The translations under genes were made by a program, and so were the position numbers. Shown here piece after piece: positions 18,497-27,806 of a DNA stretch of 64,000 nucleotides (position 1 is its first letter; every line of letters begins with the position of its first letter). The notes beneath the pieces are model-generated. The model ran no database searches and was not told where the DNA came from. It saw nothing but the letters and a program-made list of their open reading frames with translations. The stretch comes from Bacilli bacterium (GTDB lineage: Bacteria; Bacillota_I; Bacilli_A; RFN20; CAG-826): positions 38,191 through 102,190 of the forward strand of contig JAZRZI010000021.1 in assembly GCA_045601325.1 (NCBI GenBank). The letters run 5' to 3'.

Positions 18497-18538
18497 ACCA
18501 TTATTTTATAATGAAAATATTGATTATGTTAACCAAAA

Positions 18539-20371
18539 CTATAATAATTTGATAATTTGTTCAGGAAGTAATCCAAAAGATTCTTTTTGCTCACGTATTG
18601 TTGCATGCTCAATAAATGTTAAAGGAATTGCTTTAACAATAACGTTACCCTTATATCCAGCTTTAATAAGTTCAAAACAAAGAGATTTAGCAAAACCGTT
18701 CTCTGTAGCGTATGAATCATAAATAATAATTTTTGAATAAGACATTAAGACATCTATATTCTTTTTAAGAATAGGTTTTTGATATATAGCATTTAATAAT
18801 GAACAATTTATCTTCTTTTCTAAAATCATCTTTTTAAGTTCGACTGTTGCAGGTCCAGTCGAAACGATTGCGGTTCCTGTTCCAGAAGTTTCTAAAACCC
18901 ATTCTCCGAAAGATAACGACGCATTATCGTTATCATCCTTTTCAAGGTTTTCTCTAGGATAGCGAATAGCAAAAAGACCATGATTGTTAAGAGATTCTTT
19001 TAACAAAGAATTAATTTCACATCTTCTCGATGCCATTGCGACAACAGTATTAGGCATATCTATGATAAAAGATTCATCAAATATGCCTTGATGAGTATTT
19101 CCATCTTTTCCTACGAGCCCACTTCTATCAAGTAGTAATGTCACATTCAAATTCATTCTAGCAATATCATGGCTAAATTCGTCATATGCTCTTTGAGAAA
19201 ATGTTGAGTACATAGATATGAAGGGGTGATATCCTTCTTTCGCTAAACCAGCAGACATAGTTGCCGCATGTTCTTCAGCAATTCCAACGTCCAAACATCT
19301 TGATGGAAATTCTTTAAAGAGTGAATCTAGACCACTGCCCAAAGATGTTCCTGGAACAACGGTAATGATTTTATCATTATCTTTCATAATGTTTTTAACT
19401 TCATCACTAACAGCTAGCGACCAAGTAAAATTCTTAACACCGTTAATCTCACCGGTTTCTTTGTCAAATGAAGAAACACCATGCCAAATGCCTGTTTTAT
19501 CTTCTTCGGCAAACTTGTATCCCTTGCCTTTAATTGTTTTCAAATAAACAATACAAGACTTATCTTGATTCTTTGCTCTCAATAAAGCTTTTTCAACCGC
19601 TTTTATATCGTGACCATCAACAGGGCCAATAACCGAATAGCCAAGACTATCAAACATGCCCATCTTTATAAGATGTCTTTTAAACCAGTTCTTTGTTTTA
19701 TAACCAAAGGAATACAATGGTTTGCACCAATGAGTAATTTTTTGATAAAAATGTTTTGATTTTCTATAAAAGTTTGAAGTTGAAAAACGGCGGAACATTT
19801 TAGACAAGCCACCAGTTGGTTGAGAAATCGCCATACCGTTATCGTTCAAAACAATAATCATTTTATGATCTTTAGATGCATTGTTTAGTCCTTCCATTGC
19901 CAATCCGTTTACAATTGATGAATCTCCTATATAAGCAACAACATCATATTTTTGTTTAGAATAGTCACGAGCTAAAGCAAATCCATTTGCAACGCTTATC
20001 GATGTTGAACTGTGGCCACATTCAAAATGATCATAAGAAGACTCTGAAACTTTTTGAAAGCCTGAAACTCCATCTTTTTCTCTTAATCGTTCTAAAGAAC
20101 GTCCTGTTAAGATTTTATATGCATAGCATTGATGGCCTACATCGAAAACAATCTTATCTTTAGTAAAATCAAAAACTCGGCAAAGAGCAATTGTGGAATC
20201 AACAACACCAAGGTTGGATGATAAATGACCACCTTGTATTGAAGTTATATCCACAATATATTCAGAAATATCTTTGCTTAAAACACCCAACTCTTTATAA
20301 CTTAGATTCTTCAAGAATTCAGGTGATTCAATATTTGTAATGTCAAACTTTGTTTGCTTCTTATTTTTCAT
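18539..20371 (-). CDS. dxs: 1-deoxy-D-xylulose-5-phosphate synthase
   Basis: 610 aa; ThDP-binding GDG…N motif (IGDSSIVNGLAMEGLNNA) and transketolase-like C-terminus. Confidence 0.85.
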   Translation of the reverse strand: MKNKKQTKFDITNIESPEFLKNLSYKELGVLSKDISEYIVDITSIQGGHLSSNLGVVDSTIALCRVFDFTKDKIVFDVGHQCYAYKILTGRSLERLREKDGVSGFQKVSESSYDHFECGHSSTSISVANGFALARDYSKQKYDVVAYIGDSSIVNGLAMEGLNNASKDHKMIIVLNDNGMAISQPTGGLSKMFRRFSTSNFYRKSKHFYQKITHWCKPLYSFGYKTKNWFKRHLIKMGMFDSLGYSVIGPVDGHDIKAVEKALLRAKNQDKSCIVYLKTIKGKGYKFAEEDKTGIWHGVSSFDKETGEINGVKNFTWSLAVSDEVKNIMKDNDKIITVVPGTSLGSGLDSLFKEFPSRCLDVGIAEEHAATMSAGLAKEGYHPFISMYSTFSQRAYDEFSHDIARMNLNVTLLLDRSGLVGKDGNTHQGIFDESFIIDMPNTVVAMASRRCEINSLLKESLNNHGLFAIRYPRENLEKDDNDNASLSFGEWVLETSGTGTAIVSTGPATVELKKMILEKKINCSLLNAIYQKPILKKNIDVLMSYSKIIIYDSYATENGFAKSLCFELIKAGYKGNVIVKAIPLTFIEHATIREQKESFGLLPEQIIKLL

Positions 20372-20404
20372 TTTACTAAAAATATACTAATTATTTACTA
20401 ATCT

Positions 20405-20608
20405 TTATTTGTTATCTCTGATATCAATAATTTTTTCAACTTTTTCTTCAGCTTCTGTTAATTGTCGCTCCATTTTAGCTATTAATTGTTTGCCTTCTTC
20501 ATATAGCTTTAAACTTTCATCCAAAGGAAGTGTCTCTTTTGAGATACTATCCACTATTTCTTCAAGTCTTTTCATGCATTCTTCAAATTTAATTTCATTT
20601 TCTTCCAT
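20405..20608 (-). CDS. xseB: Exodeoxyribonuclease VII small subunit
   Basis: 67 aa; coiled-coil XseB pattern (FEECMKRLEEIV…LDESLKLYEEG). Lies directly downstream of xseA. Confidence 0.8.
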   Translation of the reverse strand: MEENEIKFEECMKRLEEIVDSISKETLPLDESLKLYEEGKQLIAKMERQLTEAEEKVEKIIDIRDNK

Positions 20609-20611
20609 AAT

Positions 20612-21748
20612 TTATTCCTCAACTTTTGTGACTACACTCTCTACTTTTCCTAGGGAAAATTCGGTATTTAGTGTATCGCCATTCTTTAGATTCGTTGTGT
20701 CAGTGATTACTTTGCCTTCACTATTTGTGACAATGGAGTAACCTCTATCCAATATGCTTTTTGGATTTAGATTATCTAATTGTTCGTTTTTAAACTTAAG
20801 TGTATTTTTCAATTCACGAATCTTTTCATGTATGATTCTATCAAGTTCTTCTTTCGAAGATTCCAAATCATCTTTCATATTTTCTACTATGTTTTGAATT
20901 GATTCACCCATCTTATCAATACAATTTTGGAAATACAGTTCAAGTTCTCTTCTATCAACTGTTGCTAGTTCAGCTGCACCTGTAGGTGTACTCGCTCTTT
21001 TATCAGCGGTATAATCGACCAGTGTTGTATCAATTTCGTGGCCAACAGCTGCAATCACAGGCATTTTACTATTAGCAACAGCTCTCACAAGTCTTTCATC
21101 ATTGAAAGCGCCGAGATCTTCACTAGCTCCTCCACCTCTTCCAATAATTAAGGTATCAAGATCATATTCTTGTGCTTTCATAAATGCTTCATATAATTCT
21201 CTAGGAGCGGAGTCACCTTGAACCGAACTATAGAAAACATATATATCTGCTATAGGATATCTTCTTTTTATATTTGTGAGGATATCTTTAATCGCAGCGC
21301 TATTTCGGGCTGTTATAACGCCGATTTTCTTTGGGTAAATATTTATATCCCTTTTTCTAGAAATGTCGAACAGACCCTCTATTTGGAGTGTTTTTTTGAG
21401 TTTTTCGAGCTCTAAAAGCATCGCACCTCTGCCAACTTGGTTTATTTCATAACAAATTAGTTGGTAAGTGCCTCTAGCTGGATAAGCATCAACACTAGCT
21501 AGTACAACAACCTCATCACCATTCTTAGGCAAAAAGACTAGTCTAGAAGCATAACTATTAAACATAGCTACGTTTATAAGCGAGTCTTGGTCTTTTAAAG
21601 AGAAATATAAATGCCCGTTTGCTCCAGGCTTAAAATTAGAAATCTCTCCTTTAACATAAATGTAATGCAAATTTTCGTCTTGAGATAAGATTGCCTTGAT
21701 ATATTTGTTAACTTCTAAAACTGTATATACTTGTTTATCACCAAGCAT
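20612..21748 (-). CDS. xseA: Exodeoxyribonuclease VII large subunit (short form, 378 aa)
   Basis: N-terminal OB-fold (YIKGEISNF…GHLYFSLKD) and catalytic core; shorter than the B. subtilis XseA of about 450 aa. Confidence 0.8.
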   Translation of the reverse strand: MLGDKQVYTVLEVNKYIKAILSQDENLHYIYVKGEISNFKPGANGHLYFSLKDQDSLINVAMFNSYASRLVFLPKNGDEVVVLASVDAYPARGTYQLICYEINQVGRGAMLLELEKLKKTLQIEGLFDISRKRDINIYPKKIGVITARNSAAIKDILTNIKRRYPIADIYVFYSSVQGDSAPRELYEAFMKAQEYDLDTLIIGRGGGASEDLGAFNDERLVRAVANSKMPVIAAVGHEIDTTLVDYTADKRASTPTGAAELATVDRRELELYFQNCIDKMGESIQNIVENMKDDLESSKEELDRIIHEKIRELKNTLKFKNEQLDNLNPKSILDRGYSIVTNSEGKVITDTTNLKNGDTLNTEFSLGKVESVVTKVEE

Positions 21749-22164
21749 TATTTAAGAACCTCATTTAAAATGCCATTAATGAATTTAGCTTGTTTTTCTT
21801 CGACATATTTTTTAGCTAATTCAACCGCAACGTTAATAACAACCCCTTTTGCAACTTTTTCTACAAAATAGAAATGAGAATAAGACATAAGCAAAATAGC
21901 TTGTGTTAATAATGGAAGTCTATCCCAAGACCATTTTCTTAAAAAAGGGATAAATGCAGTTTTGATTTCACCATATTTATTCAAAGAGACAAAAACTATC
22001 TCTTTGATATAGGTTGGAACGGATTCATATTCCATTTCACATAGTGAAGAAATTAATTCTTTTGCGTCTCTAAAAGTTTCCCCATTACCGATTGCATAAT
22101 CTGTAAGCTCGTTATAAATAACAGTCATCGCGATGTAATGTTGCTGATTTCTTGTCATTTCCAT
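21748..22164 (-). CDS. nusB: Transcription antitermination factor NusB
   Basis: 138 aa; NusB length and helical pattern. Position matches yqhY-nusB-xseA in B. subtilis. Confidence 0.75.
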   Translation of the reverse strand: MEMTRNQQHYIAMTVIYNELTDYAIGNGETFRDAKELISSLCEMEYESVPTYIKEIVFVSLNKYGEIKTAFIPFLRKWSWDRLPLLTQAILLMSYSHFYFVEKVAKGVVINVAVELAKKYVEEKQAKFINGILNEVLK

Positions 22165-22176
22165 AATATCAATCCC

Positions 22177-22515
22177 CTATTTAATAATTGATGCTACCTT
22201 AACTTGGACATCAAAAGGCACTTGTTCCGTAGACACCATAAAAGTATTATTGATTTCATCAATTATCTTTCGAGAAATTTCTTGAATATTGGTACCTTTA
22301 ATAACATCAACTGTAACTTTTATATGTGCAATACCATTAATAATTGTAGTTTGTACAGGAGCATTTAATTTGAATATGAATTTTTTTACAGTTTTTGCTT
22401 TAGCGATACCTGGAATTCTTGAAAGCGCTTGATCAGTAAGTTCGTCAAAAACTTTTGCAGAAATACCAATCTTGCCAGTTTTTGAAAAGTTGTCTAAATA
22501 AATGTAGTTTGCCAT
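22177..22515 (-). CDS. Asp23/Gls24-family (alkaline shock protein-like) protein
   Basis: Asp23 family features. Start chosen at the internal ATG (MANYIYL…), which removes a 22-nt overlap with tkt and has an AGGT RBS. The ORF-track start at 22545 is the alternative. Confidence 0.65.
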   Translation of the reverse strand: MANYIYLDNFSKTGKIGISAKVFDELTDQALSRIPGIAKAKTVKKFIFKLNAPVQTTIINGIAHIKVTVDVIKGTNIQEISRKIIDEINNTFMVSTEQVPFDVQVKVASIIK

Positions 22516-22523
22516 ATCATTAC

Positions 22524-24488
22524 CTATTTTTTGCAGTTCTTGCAAAATGATACTAAAGTATCTACGTTGAAACCAAAATGATTTAAAGCATCTTTTGCTG
22601 GTGCGCTTGTGCCAAATGTGTCAACGCCAAAGTTGTGTTTTGCATATTTTGTCCATCCAAAAGTTGAAAGCATCTCTATAGAAACTCTATTTTCCCAAGG
22701 AAGATCTAAAACGCTATTTTTGTATGTTTCATCTTGTTCATCAAATATTTCCCAAGAAGGCATAGACACTACTTTCGAATCAATGTCACATTCTAATAAT
22801 TTCTTTTGCGCTTCAATAGCTAAGCTAACTTCTGAACCAGTAGCGATTAAAATTAAATCAGCCTTTTTATTAGCTTTGCTAATCACATAAGCACCTTTAG
22901 AAAGACTATCACTGCTGCTATTTGCGAGCAAAGGTAATCCTTGTCTAGAAATAATCAAAGCTGTTGGTGTTTCCTTGGACTCGAGCGCAACGTGCCATGC
23001 AGCATAAGTTTCTCTTTCATCACAAGGTCTAATTACTTTCATATTTGGAATGCTTCTCAAAGCAACTAAATGTTCAATAGGTTGATGAGTTGGACCATCT
23101 TCACCAACTGCAATAGAGTCATGTGAGAACAAATAAATAGCTGGTAAGCGTGACAATGCTGCCATCCTTATAGCGGCTTTCATATAATCAGAGAAAACAA
23201 AGAAACTTCCAACATATGTTCTAACACCACCGTGTAAAAGCATACCATTTTGGATACTTGCCATCGCAAATTCTCTAATTCCAAAACAAATATTATGACC
23301 GCCTCTATTACCAGGAGCAAAATTAGTTCCATTAGTTAATTTTGTTTGTACCGAACTAGCAACATCAGCGGAACCACCGATTAAATTAGGCAATGATTCC
23401 ATATATGCATTCAGGGCTTTGCCTGAAGCGACACGAGTGGAATTTGATGAGCCTTCTACTAATTCAGGTTTGATTTCTTGCAAAACACTATCTAAAGATA
23501 GACCTGATAAGTTTATAAATTGTTTGTATTCATTAGGATAAGCTGTTTGATATTCGCTACATACTTTTTGGTACTCAGCAAAAGCTTTGTCGCCACGTTG
23601 ATAAAATGTTTCTTTGAAATGTTTGGTCACTTCTTCAGGAATAAAGAAGTCTTCATGATCAAATTGATATGAAAGTTTTGCGACTTTGCCATCCTCAACA
23701 CCTAAAGGTGAGCCGTGAACTTTGTTGGTTCCTTGTTTAGGAGCACCAAAACCAATAATTGTGTGAACCAATATCAAAGTAGGCTTATCAGATTTCTTCG
23801 CTACACAAATTGCATTATCAATATCATCAATATTATTTCCATCGTTTATTTCGATTGTATTCCATTCGGATGCTTGGAAACGTTTGATTATATCCTCGGA
23901 AAAAGACATACCAAGACCACCATCAAGTGTAACTTGATTTGCATCATAGAATAAAATCAATTTGTTTAACTGTTGATGACCCGCGAACGAAATGGCTTCT
24001 TGTGAAAGACCTTCTTGCAAACAACCGTCACCACACAAAACGTAAGTGTAATGGTTCATCAATTTAATGCCATTAGGATAAGAACTTTTAATAAACTCTT
24101 CTGCTAAAGCCATGCCTACAGCTTGGCCAATGCCTTGTCCTAAAGGACCCGAAGTTGCATCAACGCCATCTGTCCAACGAAATTCTGGATGTCCAGGTGT
24201 TTTAGAACCTAATTGTCTAAAATTCTTTAAATCATCAAGAGAAATATTATAGCCACATAAGTGGAGCGTTGAATATAGAAGTGAAGATGCATGTCCAGCG
24301 CTCAAAACAAACCTATCTCTATTACACCACATTGTATCTTTTGGCGTGGCAATAAAATGGCGTGTGAAAAGCGTGTACAAAATAGGAGCGCTGCCTAAAG
24401 CCATTCCAGGGTGTCCTGATTTAGCTTTATTAGTTGTGTCAATACATAGCGATCTTATTGTTGCAATAGACAATTCTTCAATATTCAT
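22524..24488 (-). CDS. tkt: Transketolase
   Basis: 654 aa; ThDP motif GDGCLQEG, with the transketolase pyrimidine-binding and C-terminal domains. Confidence 0.9.
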   Translation of the reverse strand: MNIEELSIATIRSLCIDTTNKAKSGHPGMALGSAPILYTLFTRHFIATPKDTMWCNRDRFVLSAGHASSLLYSTLHLCGYNISLDDLKNFRQLGSKTPGHPEFRWTDGVDATSGPLGQGIGQAVGMALAEEFIKSSYPNGIKLMNHYTYVLCGDGCLQEGLSQEAISFAGHQQLNKLILFYDANQVTLDGGLGMSFSEDIIKRFQASEWNTIEINDGNNIDDIDNAICVAKKSDKPTLILVHTIIGFGAPKQGTNKVHGSPLGVEDGKVAKLSYQFDHEDFFIPEEVTKHFKETFYQRGDKAFAEYQKVCSEYQTAYPNEYKQFINLSGLSLDSVLQEIKPELVEGSSNSTRVASGKALNAYMESLPNLIGGSADVASSVQTKLTNGTNFAPGNRGGHNICFGIREFAMASIQNGMLLHGGVRTYVGSFFVFSDYMKAAIRMAALSRLPAIYLFSHDSIAVGEDGPTHQPIEHLVALRSIPNMKVIRPCDERETYAAWHVALESKETPTALIISRQGLPLLANSSSDSLSKGAYVISKANKKADLILIATGSEVSLAIEAQKKLLECDIDSKVVSMPSWEIFDEQDETYKNSVLDLPWENRVSIEMLSTFGWTKYAKHNFGVDTFGTSAPAKDALNHFGFNVDTLVSFCKNCKK

Positions 24489-24537
24489 AATACGTCTCCT
24501 TTAGTAGTTTTTTAGTATATCTTACAATAAATTGTAA

Positions 24538-26265
24538 TCATTCTTTTATGATAGAAATTCCTAAATCCTTTAATTGGTCTTCATCTACTTTAGATGGGGC
24601 ACCACTCATCGGGCAAACTGCTGCTAAGTTTTTAGGGAAAGCAATGACATCTCTAATGTTATCAGTTCCACCTAAAATCATAGTCAATCTATCCAGACCA
24701 AATGCCATACCTGCGTGTGGAGGTGTGCCATATTGGAATGCATCAATAAAGAAACCGAATTTTCTTTTAACATCTTCGTCTGTTAAGCCTAATACTTGGA
24801 ATATTTTCTTTTGAACATCTTGGTCATAGATTCTAAGTGAACCACCACCAGCTTCATAACCATTAATGACAATGTCATAAGCTATGCTTAAAACTTTTGT
24901 TGGATCACTATCTAAATATTTAAGATCCTCATCTCTAGGTCTAGTAAATGGGTGATGAGTGCTTGTTATAGCGCCATTTTCGACATCTCTTTCAAATAGA
25001 GGGAAGTCAACAACCCATAATAAATCGTAAGTGTTAGGTTTGATTAAGCCTAATTCGCGAGCATATTTACAACGTAAAGCGCCCAATAATGGGCACACAC
25101 GGTTATATGCACCTGCAGCAATGATGACAATATCTCTGTTTTGAACGGAAAAAATGTCTATGAGACTTGTTTTTTCGCTTTCTGAAAGGAATTTAACGAA
25201 TGAGCCAGTAAACTCTCCGTTTTCCATTTTAATAACACTCAAACCACCCAAACCGAACTTTTTAGCTTCAAGTGTTAAAGAGTCTATGACTTTTCTAGAA
25301 GTGACTTCTGCTACTCCTGGAACACAAATACCTTTAATTGCTTCAGCGGATAAGAAACCGCCAAATGTTGTATTCGCAAATGTACCATTCAAATCATGAA
25401 GTTCAATTCCAAATCTTGTATCAGGTTTATCACTGCCAAATCTTTCCATTGCTTCCTTGAAAGGAAGTCTACGTAAAGGAAGTTTAACTTCATAGCCGAT
25501 AGTTCTTTGGAAAATATCTTTAATCAACCCTTCCATCATCGTTAAAAATTGGTCTTGACCTAAAAAACTTGTTTCAATATCAATTTGAGTGAAATCAGGT
25601 TGCCTATCAGCTCTTAAATCTTCATCTCTAAAGCAACGAGCTATTTGATAATATCTTTCAAAACCACCAATCATTAATAATTGTTTAAAAATTTGTGGGC
25701 TTTGTGGCAAAGCATAAAATTCACCATGATGAATTCTTGATGGCACCAAATAATCTCTAGCGCCTTCTGGTGTTGACAAAGTCAAAATTGGAGTTTCTAC
25801 CTCACAGAAATGCAAATTGTCCAAATAATTATGAACCGCCATCTTAATTTGGTGACGTATATCCATATACCTTTGCATACAAGGACGTCTTAAATCGAGA
25901 TAACGATATTTCAAACGTGTATCTTCTAACGCATCTGTATCGTCAGCAATAATTAAAGGCGTTGTTTTAGCTGTATTAATTACCTTGATATCTTCAGCAA
26001 CAATTTCAATGTCACCAGTTTTCATTTTTGCGTTTGGTGTTTCGCGGAGTTCAACTTTACCAGTAACTTGAATAACAAATTCATTTCTAACATCAGGGCA
26101 TTTTTCGGAGTCTTTAACCATGATTTGCATAATGCCAGAACGATCTCTTAAATCAATAAACAAAATAGAACCGAGATTACGACGTCTGCTAACCCAACCA
26201 ATAAGTGTTACTTTTTTGCCAACATCACTAGATGTTAATTCAGTATTCCAACATGTTCTTTCCAT
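24538..26265 (-). CDS. aspS: Aspartyl-tRNA synthetase
   Basis: 575 aa; class II motifs (FRDEDLRADRQPDFTQID, GLDRL). Start overlaps the hisS stop by 1 nt (TAATG). Confidence 0.9.
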   Translation of the reverse strand: MERTCWNTELTSSDVGKKVTLIGWVSRRRNLGSILFIDLRDRSGIMQIMVKDSEKCPDVRNEFVIQVTGKVELRETPNAKMKTGDIEIVAEDIKVINTAKTTPLIIADDTDALEDTRLKYRYLDLRRPCMQRYMDIRHQIKMAVHNYLDNLHFCEVETPILTLSTPEGARDYLVPSRIHHGEFYALPQSPQIFKQLLMIGGFERYYQIARCFRDEDLRADRQPDFTQIDIETSFLGQDQFLTMMEGLIKDIFQRTIGYEVKLPLRRLPFKEAMERFGSDKPDTRFGIELHDLNGTFANTTFGGFLSAEAIKGICVPGVAEVTSRKVIDSLTLEAKKFGLGGLSVIKMENGEFTGSFVKFLSESEKTSLIDIFSVQNRDIVIIAAGAYNRVCPLLGALRCKYARELGLIKPNTYDLLWVVDFPLFERDVENGAITSTHHPFTRPRDEDLKYLDSDPTKVLSIAYDIVINGYEAGGGSLRIYDQDVQKKIFQVLGLTDEDVKRKFGFFIDAFQYGTPPHAGMAFGLDRLTMILGGTDNIRDVIAFPKNLAAVCPMSGAPSKVDEDQLKDLGISIIKE

Positions 26266-27797
26266 TATTTATTTTTCTCCTCAAGGCATTTACATACCTT
26301 TGTTTTCGCACATTCGCAATCAGTTTTACCGCATGGACAAGCTTCAATGTTTAAGCATGGCATTTCACCACAACCATAACCGCATTCACAATTACAGCCA
26401 CAACCACATTTATGATCGTGATGGCAACAACAACCATCTCCATGATGATGTTCATGGCAACAACAACCATCTTCACGATGTTCGTGACAGCAACATTCAT
26501 CATCACATTCACAATCGTGTTTTTGTTCAATAAGTTTTGATACTTCTTCTAACAATTTTTCCAATCCAATATTATATTGTTCGGTTGTAGATAAGTCTTT
26601 GATAATGACTTCGTCATTAGCTAATTCATTTTCACCGATGATAACTGCAAATTCAGCATTCTTCTTTTCAGCTCTTTTAAACATGCTTCCTAATTTTGCA
26701 TTATCAAAACACATCTCAGTAGGATAGCCTGCCATCCTAAGCTCATTAGCCACCATCATTGAAGTAACTTTTGTGCTTTCACCCATAGGCATAACGTAAA
26801 AAGCTAAGCTATCTTTTATATGATCACCGAGTATATCATCATCTGTTAAAACTGATACCAGTCTTTCGACACCGAATGAAAAGCCAATTCCTGGTAATTT
26901 AGGTCCACCTAATTCACCGATCAAATGTCCATAATGTCCACCAGCACCTATTGCGCCATAGTTATTACCTTTAGCGCTAGTATAATGGAATTCGAAAACT
27001 GTATCACTATAGTAGTCAAGTCCTCTAACTAATGTATCGTCAACTTCAAATGGAATTTGTAATTCAATCAATGTATCTTTGATAAATTCAAATCTTTGTT
27101 TTGATGCTTCTGTTAAATAAGCAGACATTTTAGGAGCGTCTTTTACGATTTCTTGATCTTCTGGAACTTTGCAATCCAAAATTCTAAGTGGATTAAGTTC
27201 ATAACGGCTCTTGCAATCTTCGCACATATTTATAATATGTTTAGCAAAGAATTCTTTAAGAGCAACCTTATAGGCTTCTCTGCTTTCATCATCGCCTAAT
27301 GTATTGATTTTAATGACAACATTTTCAAGACCTAAACTTTGTAGAATAGAATATGCAAGCACAATAACTTCGATATCATTTAATGGGCTGTCATGTCCAA
27401 CAGATTCGACGCCAAATTGATAAAATTGACGATATCTACCCAATTGTGGTCTTTCGTATCTAAAAACAGGGCCGACATAATAACACTTTACAGGAAGTTC
27501 TTGTGTTAAAAGCATTTTATTACATACTAATAATCTAGCGATTCCAGCTGTGAATTCAGGTCTTAAAGTAATGCTTCTGCCACCTTTGTCGTCAAAGGTA
27601 TACATTTCTTTTCTAACAACATCACTACCTTCGCCAACACCGCGAATAAATAATTCACTATGTTCAATAACAGGTGGTCTTACTTCGTGAAATCCGAATA
27701 ATTCACAAAGATTCTTCATTAATCCTTCAACAACATTAAAGGCATTTGCTTCTTCACCAATAATGTCGTGGGTTCCTTTAACTATGTTAATTCCCAT
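26265..27797 (-). CDS. hisS: Histidyl-tRNA synthetase carrying an unusual 85-aa Cys/His-rich C-terminal tail
   Basis: A HisRS core of about 425 aa (class II motifs; GGRYD-like GAGGHYG; anticodon-binding domain), then a tail encoded at 26268-26522: KHDCECDDECCCHEHREDGCCCHEHHHGDGCCCHHDHKCGCGCNCECGYGCGEMPCLNIEACPCGKTDCECAKTKVCKCLEEKNK. Confidence 0.85.
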   Translation of the reverse strand: MGINIVKGTHDIIGEEANAFNVVEGLMKNLCELFGFHEVRPPVIEHSELFIRGVGEGSDVVRKEMYTFDDKGGRSITLRPEFTAGIARLLVCNKMLLTQELPVKCYYVGPVFRYERPQLGRYRQFYQFGVESVGHDSPLNDIEVIVLAYSILQSLGLENVVIKINTLGDDESREAYKVALKEFFAKHIINMCEDCKSRYELNPLRILDCKVPEDQEIVKDAPKMSAYLTEASKQRFEFIKDTLIELQIPFEVDDTLVRGLDYYSDTVFEFHYTSAKGNNYGAIGAGGHYGHLIGELGGPKLPGIGFSFGVERLVSVLTDDDILGDHIKDSLAFYVMPMGESTKVTSMMVANELRMAGYPTEMCFDNAKLGSMFKRAEKKNAEFAVIIGENELANDEVIIKDLSTTEQYNIGLEKLLEEVSKLIEQKHDCECDDECCCHEHREDGCCCHEHHHGDGCCCHHDHKCGCGCNCECGYGCGEMPCLNIEACPCGKTDCECAKTKVCKCLEEKNK

Positions 27798-27806
27798 ATT
27801 TACCTC

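Noticed and set aside
26120-26533. Plus-strand 137-aa ORF rich in His, Asn and Asp (…HHNHNRIHNYSHNH…HLHDDVHG…)
   Set aside because: It is the antisense reading of the low-complexity Cys/His-codon tract at the 3' end of hisS. Its start lies inside aspS, it has no RBS, and it is a compositional artefact.
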